A stretch of 64,000 nt of DNA. Source: Eledone cirrhosa (taxonomy: Eukaryota). Shown one piece after another: positions 49,201-64,000 of the stretch (positions are counted from its first letter, which is position 1; every line of letters starts with the position of its first letter). Made by a program: the position numbers and the translations under genes. The DNA is taken from the NCBI GenBank assembly GCA_964016885.1, contig OZ024743.1, positions 330,212,001-330,276,000 of the forward strand, given 5' to 3'. The notes beneath the pieces were generated by a model. It saw only the letters and a program-made list of their open reading frames with translations. It made no database searches and was not told where the DNA came from.

Positions 49201-52200
49201 AGGTGGTCAGGACCTTATGTTAGTCCAATATACTCAACCACACCATACACGGGTGGTCGGTCCCTTATGTTTGTCCAATATACCCAACCACACCATACAC
49301 AGGTGGTCGGTACCTTATGTTAGTCCAATATACCCAACTACACCATACACAGATGGTCAGGACCTTATGTTAGTCCAATATACCCAACCACACCATACAC
49401 AGGTGGTCGGGACCTTATGTTAGTCCAATATACCCAATTACAACATACACAGGTGGTCAAGACCTTATGTTAGCCCAATATACCCAACTACGCCATACAC
49501 GGGTGGTCGGGACCTTATGTTAGTCCAATATATCCAACTACACCTTGCACGGGTGGTCGGGACCTTATGTTAGTCCAATATACCCAACCACACCATACAC
49601 GAGTGGTCGGGACCTTATGTTAGTCCAATATACCCAACCACACATACATAGGTGGTCAAGACCTTATGTTAGTCCAATATACCCAACCACACCATACACG
49701 GGTGGTCAGGACCTTATGTTAGTCCAGTATACCCAACTACACCATACACAGGTAGTCGGGACCTTATGGTAGTCCAATATACCCAACCACACCATACACG
49801 GGTGGTCGGGACCTTATGTTAGTCCAATATACCCAACCACACCATACACGGGTGGTCAAGATCTTATGTTAGTCCAATATACCCAACCACACATACATAG
49901 GTGGTCAAGACCTTATGTTAGTCCAATATACCCAACTACACCATACACAGGTGGTCATGACCTTATGTTAGTCCAATATAACCAACCACACCAGACACAG
50001 GTGGTCGGTACCTTATGTTAGTCAAATATAACCAACCACACTATACACGGGTGGTCGGGACCTTATGTTAGTCCAATATACCCGACTACACCATACACAG
50101 GTGGTAAAGACCTTATGTTAGTCCAATATACCCAACCACACCATACACGGGTTGTCGGGACCTTATGTTAGTCTAATATACCCAACCACACCATACACAG
50201 GTGGTCGGGACCTTATGTTAGTCCAATATACCCAACCACACCATACATGGGTGGTCGGGACCTTATGTTAGTCCTATATACCCAACTACACCATACACGG
50301 GTGGTCAAGACCTTATGTTAGTCCAATATACCCAACCACACCATACACGGGTGGTCGGGACCTTATGTTAGTCCAATATACCCAACCACACCATACACAG
50401 GTGGTCAGGACCTTATGTTAGTCCAATATACCCAACCACACCATACAAGGGTGGTCGGGACCTTATGTTAGTCAAATATACTCAACTACACCATACACAG
50501 GTGGTCGGGACCTTATGTTAGTCCAATATACTCAACCAGACCATACAAGGGTGGTCGGGACCCTATGTTAGTCCAATATACCCAACTACACCATACAAGG
50601 GTGGTCGGGACCTTATGTTAGTCCAATATACTCAACCACACCATACACAGGTGGTCGGGAGTTTATGTTAGTCCAATATACTCAACCACACCATACACAG
50701 GTGGTCGGGACCTTATGTTAGTCCAATATACCCAACTACACCATACACAGGTAGTCGGGACCTTATGTTAGTCCAATATACCCAACCACACCATACACGG
50801 GTGGTCGGGACCTTATGTTAGTCCAATATACCCAACCACACCATACACGGGTGGTCAAGACCTTATGTTAGTCCAATATAACCAACCACACCATAGACAG
50901 GTGGTCGGGACCTTATGTTAGTCCAATATACCCAACTACACCATACACAGGTGGTCATGACATTATGTTAGTCCAAAATAACCAACCACACCATACACAG
51001 GTGGTCGGGACCTTATGTTAGTCCAATATACTCAACCACACCATACACAGGTAGTCTGGACCTTATGTTAGACAATATACCCAACCACACCATACACGGG
51101 TGGTCGGGACCTAATGTTAGTCCAATATACCCAACTACACCATACACAGGTGGTCAGGACCTTATGTTAGTCCAATATACTCAACCACACCATACACGGG
51201 TGGTCGGTCCCTTATGTTTGTCCAATATACCCAACCACACCATACACATGTGGTCGGGACCTTATGTTAGTCCAATATACCCAACTACACCATACACGGG
51301 TGGTCGGGACCTAATGTTAGTCCAATATACCCAACTACACCATACACAGGTGGTCAGGACCTTATGTTAGTCCAATATACTCAACCACACCATACACGGG
51401 TGGGCGGTCCCTTATGTTTGTCCAATATACCCAACCACACCATACACAGGTGGTCGGGACCTTATGTTAGTCCAATATACCCAACTACACCATACAGAGG
51501 TGGTCAGGACCTTATGTTAGTCCAATATACCCAACCACACCATACACAGGTGGTCGGGACCTTATGTTAGTCCAATATACCCAATTACACCATACACAGG
51601 TGGTCAAGACCTTATGTTAGTCCAATATACCCAACTACGCCATACACGGGTGGTCGGGACCTTATGTTAGTCCAATATATCCAACTACACCATGCACGGG
51701 AGGTCGGAACCTTCTTTTAGCACAATATACCCAACCACACCATACACGAGTGGTCGGGACCTTATGTTAGTCCAATATACCCAACCACACATACATAGGT
51801 GGTCAAGACTTTATGTTAGTCCAATATACCCAACCACACCATACACGGGTGGTCGGGACCTTATGTTAGTCCAATATACCCAACTACACCATACACAGGT
51901 AGTCAGGACCTTATGTTAGTCCAATATACCCAACCACACCATACACGGGTGGTCGGGACCTTATGTTAGTCCAATATACCCAACCACACCATACACGGTT
52001 GCTCAAGACCTTATGTTAGTCCAATATACCCAACTACACCATACACAGGTAGTCTGGACCTTATGTTAGTCCAATATACCCAACCACACCATACACGGGT
52101 GGTCGGGACCTTATGTTAGTCCAATATACCCAACCACACCATACACGGGTGGTCAACACCTTATGTTAGTCCAATATAACCAACCACACCATACACAGGT

Positions 52201-55200
52201 GGTCGGGACCTTATGTTAGTCCAATATACCCAACTACACCATACACAGGTGGTCATGACCTTATGTTAGTCCAAAATAACCAACCACACCATACACAGGT
52301 GGTCGGGACCTTATGTTAGTCCTATATACCCAACCACACCATACAAGGGTGGTCGGGACACTATGTTAGTCCAATATACTCAACCACACCATACAAGGGT
52401 GGTCGGGACCTTATGTTAGTCCAATATACTCAACCACACCATACACAGGTAGTCTGGACCTTATGTTAGTCCAATATACCCAACCACACCATACACAGGT
52501 AGTCGGGACCTTATGTTAGTCCAAATACCCAACTAAACCATACACAGGTGGTCGGGATCTTATGTTAGTCCAATATACCCAACCACACCATACACAGGTA
52601 GTCGGGACCTTATGCTAGTCCAATATACCCAACCACACCATACACAGGTGGTCGGGACCTTATGTTAGTCCAATATTCTCAACCACATTATACACAGGTA
52701 GTAGGGACCTTATGTTAGTCCAATATACCCAACCACACCATACCCAGGTAGTCGGGAACTTATGTTAGTCCAATATTCCCAACTACACCATACACAGGTA
52801 GTCGGGACCTTATGTTAGTCCAATATACCCAACCACACCATACACGGGTGGTCAAGACCTTATGTTAGTCCAATATAACCAACCACACCATAGACAGGTG
52901 GTCGGGACCTTATGTTAGTCCAATATACCCAACTACACCATACACAGGTGGTCATGACATTATGTTAGTCCAAAATAACCAACCACACCATACACAGGTG
53001 GTCGGGACCTTATGTTAGTCCAATATACTCAACCACACCATACACAGGTAGTCTGGACCTTATGTTAGTCCAATATACCCAACCACACCATACACGGGTG
53101 GTCGGGACCTAATGTTAGTCCAATATACCCAACTACACCATACACAGGTGGTCAGGACCTTATGTTAGTCCAATATACTCAACCACACCATACACGGGTG
53201 GTCGGTCCCTTATGTTTGTCCAATATACCCAACCACACCATACACATGTGGTCGGGACCTTATGTTAGTCCAATATACCCAACTACACCATACACGGGTG
53301 GTCGGGACCTAATGTTAGTCCAATATACCCAACTACACCATACACAGGTGGTCAGGACCTTATGTTAGTCCAATATACTCAACCACACCATACACGGGTG
53401 GGCGGTCCCTTATGTTTGTCCAATATACCCAACCACACCATACACAGGTGGTCGGAACCTTATGTTAGTCCAATATACCCAACTACACCATACAGAGGTG
53501 GTCAGGACCTTATGTTAGTCCAATATACCCAACCACACCATACACAGGTGGTCGGGACCTTATGTTAGTCCAATATACCCAATTACACCATACACAGGTG
53601 GTCAAGACCTTATGTTAGTCCAATATACCCAACTAAGCCATACACGGGTGGTCGGGACCTTATGTTAGTCCAATATATCCAACTACACCATGCACGGGAG
53701 GTCGGAACCTTCTTTTAGCACAATATACCCAACCACACCATACACGAGTGGTCGGGACCTTATGTTAGTCCAATATACCCAACCACACATACATAGGTGG
53801 TCAAGACTTTATGTTAGTCCAATATACCCAACCACACCATACACGGGTGGTCGGGACCTTATGTTAGTCCAATATACCCAACTACACCATACACAGGTAG
53901 TCAGGACCTTATGTTAGTCCAATATACCCAACCACACCATACACGGGTGGTCGGGACCTTATGTTAGTCCAATATACCCAACCACACCATACACGGTTGC
54001 TCAAGACCTTATGTTAGTCCAATATACCCAACTACACCATACACAGGTAGTCTGGACCTTATGTTAGTCCAATATACCCAACCACACCATACACGGGTGG
54101 TCGGGACCTTATGTTAGTCCAATATACCCAACCACACCATACACGGGTGGTCAACACCTTATGTTAGTCCAATATAACCAACCACACCATACACAGGTGG
54201 TCGGGACCTTATGTTAGTCCAATATACCCAACTACACCATACACAGGTGGTCATGACCTTATGTTAGTCCAAAATAACCAACCACACCATACACAGGTGG
54301 TCGGGACCTTATGTTAGTCCTATATACCCAACCACACCATACAAGGGTGGTCGGGACACTATGTTAGTCCAATATACTCAACCACACCATACAAGGGTGG
54401 TCGGGACCTTATGTTAGTCCAATATACTCAACCACACCATACACAGGTAGTCTGGACCTTATGTTAGTCCAATATACCCAACCACACCATACACAGGTAG
54501 TCGGGACCTTATGTTAGTCCAAATACCCAACTAAACCATACACAGGTGGTCGGGATCTTATGTTAGTCCAATATACCCAACCACACCATACACAGGTAGT
54601 CGGGACCTTATGCTAGTCCAATATACCCAACCACACCATACACAGGTGGTCGGGACCTTATGTTAGTCCAATATTCTCAACCACATTATACACAGGTAGT
54701 CGGGACCTTATGTTAGTGCAATATACCCAACCACAACATACAAAAGTGGTCGGGACCTTATGTTAGTCCAATATACCCAACCACACCATACACAGGTGGT
54801 CGGGACATTATGTTAGTCCAATATACTCAACCACAACATACACAGGTGGTCGGGACCTTATGTTAGTCCAATATACTCAAGCACACCATACACAGGTGGT
54901 CGGTACCTTATGTTAGTCCAATATACTCAACCACGCCATACACGTGTGGTCGGGACCTTATGTTAGTCCAATATACCCAACCACACCATACACGGGTGGT
55001 CGGGACCTAATGTTAGTCCAATATACCCAACTACACCATACACAGGTGGTCAGGACCTTATGTTAGTCCAATATACTCAACCACACCATACACAGGTGGT
55101 CGGTCCCTTATGTTTGTCCAATATACCCAACCACACCATACACAGGTGGTCAGGACCTTATGTTAGTCCAATATACCCAACTACACCATACACAGGTGGT

Positions 55201-58200
55201 CAGGACCTTATGTTAGTCCAATATACCCAACCACACCATACACAGGTGGTCGGGACCTTATGTTAGTCCAATATACCCAATTACACCATACACAGGTGGT
55301 CAAGACCTTATGTTAGTCCAATATACCCAACTACGCCATACACGGGTGGTCGGGACCTTATGTTAGTCCAATATATCCAACTACACCATGCACGGGTGGT
55401 CGGGACCTTATTTTAGCCCAATATACCCAACCACACCATACACGAGTGGTCGGGACCTTATATTAGTCCAATATACCCAACCACACATACATAGGGGGTC
55501 AAGACTTTATGTTAGTCCAATAAACCCAACCACACCATACACGGGTGGTCGGGATCTTATGTTAGTCCAATATACCCAACTACACCATACAGAGGTAGTC
55601 GGGACCTTATGTTAGTCCAATATACCCAACCACACCATACACGGGTGGTCGGGACCTTATGTTAGTTCAATATACCCAACCACACCATACACGGGTGGTC
55701 AAGACCTTATGTTAGTCCAATATACCCAACTACACCATACACAGGTGGTCAGGACCTTATGTTAGTCCAATATACCCAACCACACCATACACAGGTGGTC
55801 GGGACCTTATGTTAGTCCAATATACCCAATTACACCATACACAGGTGGTCAAGACCTTATGTTAGTCCAATATACCCAACTACGCCATACACGGGTGGTC
55901 GGGACCTTATGTTAGTCCAATATATCCAACTACACCATGCACGGGTGGTTGGGACCTTATTTTAGCCCAATATACCCAACAACACCATACACGAGTGGTC
56001 GGGACCTTATGTTAGTCCAATATACCCAACCACACATACATAGGTGGTCAAGACCTTATGTTAGTCCAATATACCCAACCACACCATACACGGGTGGTCG
56101 GGACCTTATGTTAGTCCAATATACCCAACTACACCATACACAGGTAGTCGGGACCTTATGTTAGTCCAAGATACCCAACCACACCAAACACGGGTGGTCG
56201 GGACCTTATGTTAGTCCAATATACCCAACCTAACCTTACACGGGTGGTCAAGACCTTATGTTAGTCCAATATACCCAACTACACCATACACAGGTGGTCA
56301 TGACCTTATGTTAGTCCAATATAACCAACCACACCAGACAGAGGTGGTCGGTACCTTATGTTAGTCAAATATAACCAACCACACTATACACGGGTGGTCG
56401 GGACCTTAAGTTAGTCCAATATACCCGACTACACCATACACAGGTGGTAAAGACCTTATGTTAGTCCAATATACCCAACCACACCATACACGGGTGGTCG
56501 GGACCTTATGTTAGTCCAATATACACAACCAAACCATACATGGGTGGTCGGGACATTATGTTAATCCTATATACCCAACTACACCATACACGGGTGGTCA
56601 AGACCTTATGTTAGTCCAATATAACCACCCACACCATACACGGGTGGTCGGGACCTTATGTTAGTCCAATATACCCAACCACACCATACACAGGTGGTCA
56701 GGACCTTATGTTAGTCCAATATACCCAACCAAACCATAGACGGGTGGTCGGGACCTTATGTTAGTCCTATATATCCAACTACACCATACACGGGTGGTCG
56801 GGACCTTATGTTAGTCCAATATACTCAACCACACCATACAAGGGTGGTCGGGACCCTATGTTAGTCCAATATACCCAACCACACCATACACGGGTGGTCG
56901 GGACCTTATGTTAGTCCAATATACCCAACCACACCATACACGGGTGGTCGGGACCTTATGTTAGTCCAATATACCCAACTACACCATACACAGGTGGTCG
57001 CGACCTTATGTTAGTCCAATATACCCAACTACACCATACACAGGTGGTCATGACCTTATGTTAGTCCAATATAACCAACCACACCATACACAGGTGGTCG
57101 GGACCTTATGTTAGTCCAATATACCCAACCACACCATACAAGGGTGGTCGGGACACTATGTTAGTCCAATATACTCAACCACACCATACAAGGGTGGTCG
57201 GGACCTTATGCTAGTCCAATATACCCAACCACACCATACACAGGTAGTCGGGACCTTATGTTAGTCCAATATACCCAACTACACCATACACATGTGGTCG
57301 GGACCTTATGTTACTCCAATATACCCAACTACACCATACACAGGTGGTCGGGACCTTATGCTAGTCCAATATACCCAACCACACCATACACAGGTAGTCG
57401 GGACCTTATGCTAGTCCAATATACCCAACCACACCATACACGGGTGGTCGGGACCTTATGTTAGTCCAATATACCCAACCAGACCATACAAGGGTGGTCG
57501 GGACCTTATGTTAGTCAAATATACTCAACTACACCATACACAGGTGGTCGGGACCTTATGTTTGTCCAATATAATCAACCACACCATACAAGGGTGGTCG
57601 GGACCCTATGTTAGTCCAATATACCCAACTACACCATACACAGGTGGTCGCGACCTTATGTTAGTCCAATATACCCAACTAAACCATACAAGGGTGGTCG
57701 GGACCTTATGTTAGTCCAATATACTCAACCACACCATACACAGGTGGTCGGGACTTTATGTTAGTCCAATATGCTCAACCACACCATACACAGGTGGTCG
57801 GGACATTATGTTAGTCCAATATACCCAACTACACCATACACAGGTAGTCGGCACCTTATGTTAGTCCAATATACCCAACCACACCATACACGGGTGGTCG
57901 GGACCTTATGTTAGTCCAATATACCCAACCACACCATACACGGGTGGTCGGGACCTTATGTTAGTCCAATATACCCAACAACACCATACACAGGTGGTCG
58001 GGACCTTATGTTAGTACAATATACCCAACTACACCATACACAGGTGGTCATGACCTTATGTTAGTCCAATATAACCAACCACACCATACACAGGTGGTCG
58101 GGACCTTATGTTAGTCCAATATACCCACCCACACCATACAAGGGTGGTCGGGACACTATGTTAGTCCAATATACTCAACCACACCATACAAGGGTGGTCG

Positions 58201-61200
58201 GGACCTTATGTTAGTCCAATATACTCAACCACACCATACACAGGTAGTCTGGACCTTATGTTATTCCAATATACCCAACCACACCATACACAGGTAGTCG
58301 GGACCTTATGTTAGTCCAATATACCCAACCACACCATACACAGGTAGTCGGGACCTTATATTAGTCCAATATACCCAACTACACCATACACAGGTGGTCG
58401 GGACCTTATGTTAGTCCAATGTACCCAACCACACCATACACAGGTAGTCGGGACCTTATGCTAGTCCAATATACCCAACCACACCATACACAGGTGGTCG
58501 GGACCTTGTGTAAGTCCAATATACTCAACCACATCATACACAGGTAGTAGGGACCTTATGTTAATCCAATATACCCAACCACACCATACACAGGTAGTCG
58601 GGAACTTATGTTAGTCCAATATTCCCAACTACACCATACACAGGTAGTCGGGACCTTATGTTAGTGCAATATACCCAACCACAACATACACAAATGGTCG
58701 GGACCTTATGTTAGTCCAATATACCCAACCACACCATACACAGGTGGTCGGGACCTTATGTTAGTCCAATATACTCAACCACACCATACAGAGGTGGTCG
58801 GGGCCTTATGTTAGTCCAATATACTCAAGCACACCATACACAGGTGGTAGGGACCTTATGTTAGTCCAATATACCGAACAACACCATACATAGGTGGTCG
58901 GGACCTTATGTTAGTCCAATATACCCAACCACACCATACACGGGTGGTCGGGACCTAATGTTAGTCCAATATACCCAACTACACCATACACAGGTGGTCA
59001 GGACCTTATGTTAGTCCAATATACTCAACCACACCATACACAGGTGGTCGGTCCCTTATGTTTGTCCAATATACCCAACCGCACCATACACAGGTGGTCA
59101 GGACCTTATGTTAGTCCAATATACCCAACTACACCATACACAGGTGGTCAGGACCTTATGTTAGTCCAATATACCCAACCACACCATACACAGGTGGTCG
59201 GGACCTTATGTTAGTCCAATATACCCAATTACACCATACACAGGTGGTCAAGACCTTATGTTAGTCCAATATACCCAACTACGCCATACACGGGTGGTCG
59301 GGACCTTATGTTAGTCCAATATATCCAACTACACCATGCACGGGTGGTCGGGACCTTATTTTAGCCCAATATACCCAACCACACCATACACGAGTGGTCG
59401 GGACCTTATATTAGTCCAATATACCCAACCACACATACATAGGGGGTCAAGACTTTATGTTAGTCCAATATACCCAACCACACCATACACGGGTGGTCGG
59501 GATCTTATGTTAGTCCAATATACCCAATTACACCATACAGAGGTAGTCGGGACCTTATGTTAGTCCAATATACCCAACCACACCATACACGGGTGGTCGG
59601 GACCTTATGTTAGTCCAATATACCCAACCACACCATACACGGGTGGTCAAGACCTTATGTTAGTCCAATATACCCAACTACACCATACACAGGTGGTCAG
59701 GACCTTATGTTAGTCCAATATACCCAACCACACCATACACAGGTGGTCGGGACCTTATGTTAGTCCAATATACCCAATTACACCATACACAGGTGGTCAA
59801 GACCTTATGTTAGTCCAATATACCCAACTACGCCATACACGGGTGGTCGGGACCTTATGTTAGTCCAATATATCCAACTACACCATGCACGGGTGGTTGG
59901 GACCTTATTTTAGCCCAATATACCCAACCACACCATACACGAGTGGTCGGGACCTTATGTTAGTCCAATATACCCAACCACACATACATAGGTGGTCAAG
60001 ACCTTATGTTAGTCCAATATACCCAACCACACCATACACGGGTGGTCGGGACCTTATGTTAGTCCAATATACCCAACTACACCATACACAGGTAGTCGGG
60101 ACCTTATGTTAGTCCAATATACCCAACCACACCATACACGGGTGGTCGGGACCTTATGTTAGTCCAATATACCCAACCACACCATACACGGGTAGTAGGG
60201 ACCTTATGTTAATCCAATATACCCAACCACACCATACACAGGTAGTCGGGAACTTATGTTAGTCCAATATTCCCAACTACACCATACACAGGTAGTCGGG
60301 ACCTTATGTTAGTGCAATATACCCAACCACAACATACACAAGTGGTCGGGACCTTATGTTAGTCCAATATACCCAACCACACCATACACAGGTGGTCGGG
60401 ACCTTATGTTAGTCCAATATACTCAACCACACCATACAGAGGTGGTCGGGGCCTTATGTTAGTCCAATATACTCAAGCACACCATACACAGGTGGTAGGG
60501 ACCTTATGTTAGTCCAATATACCGAACAACACCATACATAGGTGGTCGGGACCTTATGTTAGTCCAATATACCCAACCACACCATACACGGGTGGTCGGG
60601 ACCTAATGTTAGTCCAATATACCCAACTACACCATACACAGGTGGTCAGGACCTTATGTTAGTCCAATATACTCAACCACACCATACACAGGTGGTCGGT
60701 CCCTTATGTTTGTCCAATATACCCAACCACACCATACACAGGTGGTCAGGACCTTATGTTAGTCCAATATACCCAACTACACCATACACAGGTGGTCAGG
60801 ACCTTATGTTAGTCCAATATACCCAACCACACCATACACAGGTGGTCGGGACCTTATGTTAGTCCAATATACCCAATTACACCATACACAGGTGGTCAAG
60901 ACCTTATGTTAGTCCAATATACCCAACTACGCCATACACGGGTGGTCGGGACCTTATGTTAGTCCAATATATCCAACTACACCATGCACGGGTGGTCGGG
61001 ACCTTATTTTAGCCCAATATACCCAACCACACCATACACGAGTGGTCGGGACCTTATATTAGTCCAATATACCCAACCACACATACATAGGGGGTCAAGA
61101 CTTTATGTTAGTCCAATATACCCAACCACACCATACACGGGTGGTCGGGATCTTATGTTAGTCCAATATACCCAATTACACCATACAGAGGTAGTCGGGA

Positions 61201-64000
61201 CCTTATGTTAGTCCAATATACCCAACCACACCATACACGGGTGGTCGGGACCTTATGTTAGTCCAATATACCCAACCACACCATACACGGGTGGTCAAGA
61301 CCTTATGTTAGTCCAATATACCCAACTACACCATACACAGGTGGTCAGGACCTTATGTTAGTCCAATATACCCAACCACACCATACACAGGTGGTCGGGA
61401 CCTTATGTTAGTCCAATATACCCAATTACACCATACACAGGTGGTCAAGACCTTATGTTAGTCCAATATACCCAACTACGCCATACACGGGTGGTCGGGA
61501 CCTTATGTTAGTCCAATATATCCAACTACACCATGCACGGGTGGTTGGGACCTTATTTTAGCCCAATATACCCAACCACACCATACACGAGTGGTCGGGA
61601 CCTTATGTTAGTCCAATATACCCAACCACACATACATAGGTGGTCAAGACCTTATGTTAGTCCAATATACCCAACCACACCATACACGGGTGGTCGGGAC
61701 CTTATGTTAGTCCAATATACCCAACTACACCATACACAGGTAGTCGGGACCTTATGTTAGTCCAATATACCCAACCACACCATACACGGGTGGTCGGGAC
61801 CTTATGTTAGTCCAATATACCCAACCACACCATACACGGGTTGTCAAGACCTTATGTTAGTCCAATATACCCAACTACACCATACACAGGTGGTCATGAC
61901 CTTATGTTAGTCCAATATAACCAACCACACCAGACACAGGTGGTCGGTACCTTATGTTAGTCAAATATAACCAACCACACTATACACGGGTGGTCGGGAC
62001 CTTAAGTTAGTCCAATATACCCGACTACACCATACACAGGTGGTAAAGACCTTATGTTAGTCCAATATACCCAACCACACCATACACGGGTGGTCGGGAC
62101 CTTATGTTAGTCCAATATACACAACCAAACCATACATGGGTGGTCGGGACCTTATGTTAATCCTATATACCCAACTACACCATACACGGGTGGTCAAGAC
62201 CTTATGTTAGTCCAATATAACCAACCACACCATACACGGGTGGTCGGGACCTTATGTTAGTCCAATATACCCAACCACACCATACACAGGTGGTCAGGAC
62301 CTTATGTTAGTCCAATATACCCAACCAAACCATAGACGGGTGGTCGGGACCTTATGTTAGTCCTATATATCCAACTACACCATACACGGGTGGTCGGGAC
62401 CTTATGTTAGTCCAATATACTCAACCACACCATACAAGGGTGGTCGGGACCCTATGTTAGTCCAATATACCCAACCACACCATACACGGGTGGTCGGGAC
62501 CTTATGTTAGTCCAATATACCCAACCACACCATACACGGGTGGTCGGGACCTTATGTTAGTCCAATATACCCAACTACACCATACACAGGTGGTCGCGAC
62601 CTTATGTTAGTCCAATATACCCAACTACACCATACACAGGTGGTCATGACCTTATGTTAGTCCAATATAACCAACCACACCATACACAGGTGGTCGGGAC
62701 CTTATGTTAGTCCAATATACCCAACCACACCATACAAGGGTGGTCGGGACACTATGTTAGTCCAATATACTCAACCACACCATACAAGGGTGGTCGCGAC
62801 CTTATGTTAGTCCAATATACTCAACCACACCATACACAGGTAGTCTGGACCTTATGTTAGTCCAATATACCCAACCACACCATACACAGGTAGTCGGGAC
62901 TTTATGTTAGTCCAATATACCCAACCACACCATACACAGGTAGTCGGGACCTTATGTTAGTCCAATATACCCAACTACACCATACACATGTGGTCGGGAC
63001 CTTATGTTAGTCCAATATACCCAACTACACCATACACAGGTGGTCGGGACCTTATGCTAGTCCAATATACGCAACCACACCATACACAGGTAGTCGGGAC
63101 CTTATGCTAGTCCAATATACCCAACCACACCATACACGGGTGGTCGGGACCTTATGTTAGTCCAATATACCCAACCAGACCATACAAGGGTGGTCGGGAC
63201 CTTATGTTAGTCAAATATACTCAACTACACCATACACAGGTGGTCGGGACCTTATGTTTGTCCAATATAATCAACCACACCATACAAGGGTGGTCGGGAC
63301 CCTATGTTAGCCCAATATACCCAACTAAACCATACAAGGGTGGTCGGGACCTTATGTTAGTCCAATATACTCAACCACACCATACACAGGTGGTCGGAAC
63401 TTTATGTTAGTCCAATATGCTCAACCACACCATACACAGGTGGTCGGGACATTATGTTAGTCCAATATACCCAACTACACCATACACAGGTAGTCGGGAC
63501 CTTATGTTAGTCCAATATACCCAACCACACCATACACGGGTGGTCGGGACCTTATGTTAGTCCAATATACCCAACCACACCATACACGGGTGGTCGGGAC
63601 CTTATGTTAGTCCAATATACCCAACCACACCATACACGGGTGGTCAAGACCTTATGTTAGTCCAATATACCCAACTACACCATACACAGGTGGTCATGAC
63701 CTTATGTTAGTCCAATATAACCAACCACACCAGACACAGGTGGTCGGTACCTTATGTTAGTCAAATATAACCAACCACACTATACACGGGTGGTCGGGAC
63801 CTTAAGTTAGTCCAATATACCCGACTACACCATACACAGGTGGTAAAGACCTTATGTTAGTCCAATATACCCAACCACACCATACACGGGTGGTCGGGAC
63901 CTTATGTTAGTCCAATATACACAACCAAACCATACATGGGTGGTCGGGACCTTATGTTAATCCTATATACCCAACTACACCATACACGGGTGGTCAAGAC
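46240..64000. repeat. 50-bp satellite/minisatellite array (~350 monomers; continues past the window end)
   Basis: Consensus GGGACCTTATGTTAGTCCAATATACCCAACCACACCATACACRGGTGGTC, head-to-tail with no unique spacers. Confidence 0.98.

Noticed and set aside
46240-64000. CRISPR array, or protein-coding repeat (MLVQYTQPHH... ORFs)
   Set aside because: Monomers are contiguous with no unique spacers, there are no cas genes and the context is eukaryotic. The 50-bp unit cycles through all frames and contains a TAG, so the short ORFs appear only where that stop is mutated.

Overview
Eukaryotic, repeat-saturated window with no recognisable host gene; the SINE and microsatellite make-up suggests a cephalopod (Octopus-like) genome, which is an inference. 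Bases 1-40.5 kb hold five copies of a Tx1/L1-clade LINE (ORF1 with a zinc knuckle; ORF2 APE-RT-CCHC). They fall into an (ATT)n-associated group (copies 1-3, with copy 2 nested in copy 3) and a (TATC)n-associated group (copies 4-5, head-to-tail). Also present: a tRNA-derived SINE family, a Penelope GIY-YIG fragment, several minimal hammerhead ribozyme motifs, a Chapaev3-like DNA transposon, an R4/Dong-like RLE LINE, a rearranged mariner, a non-autonomous Helitron and an RTE fragment. From ~46.2 kb to the end runs a 50-bp satellite with kb-scale higher-order duplications. Main observation: all five diverged Tx1 copies have a perfect AG|GTAAGT splice donor at the end of ORF1, and in four the ORF2 stop codon doubles as a 3' splice acceptor (CTRTAG|). 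ORF2 therefore appears to lie entirely inside a spliceosomal intron, whose removal would give an ORF1-only mRNA. This is untested without RNA data.
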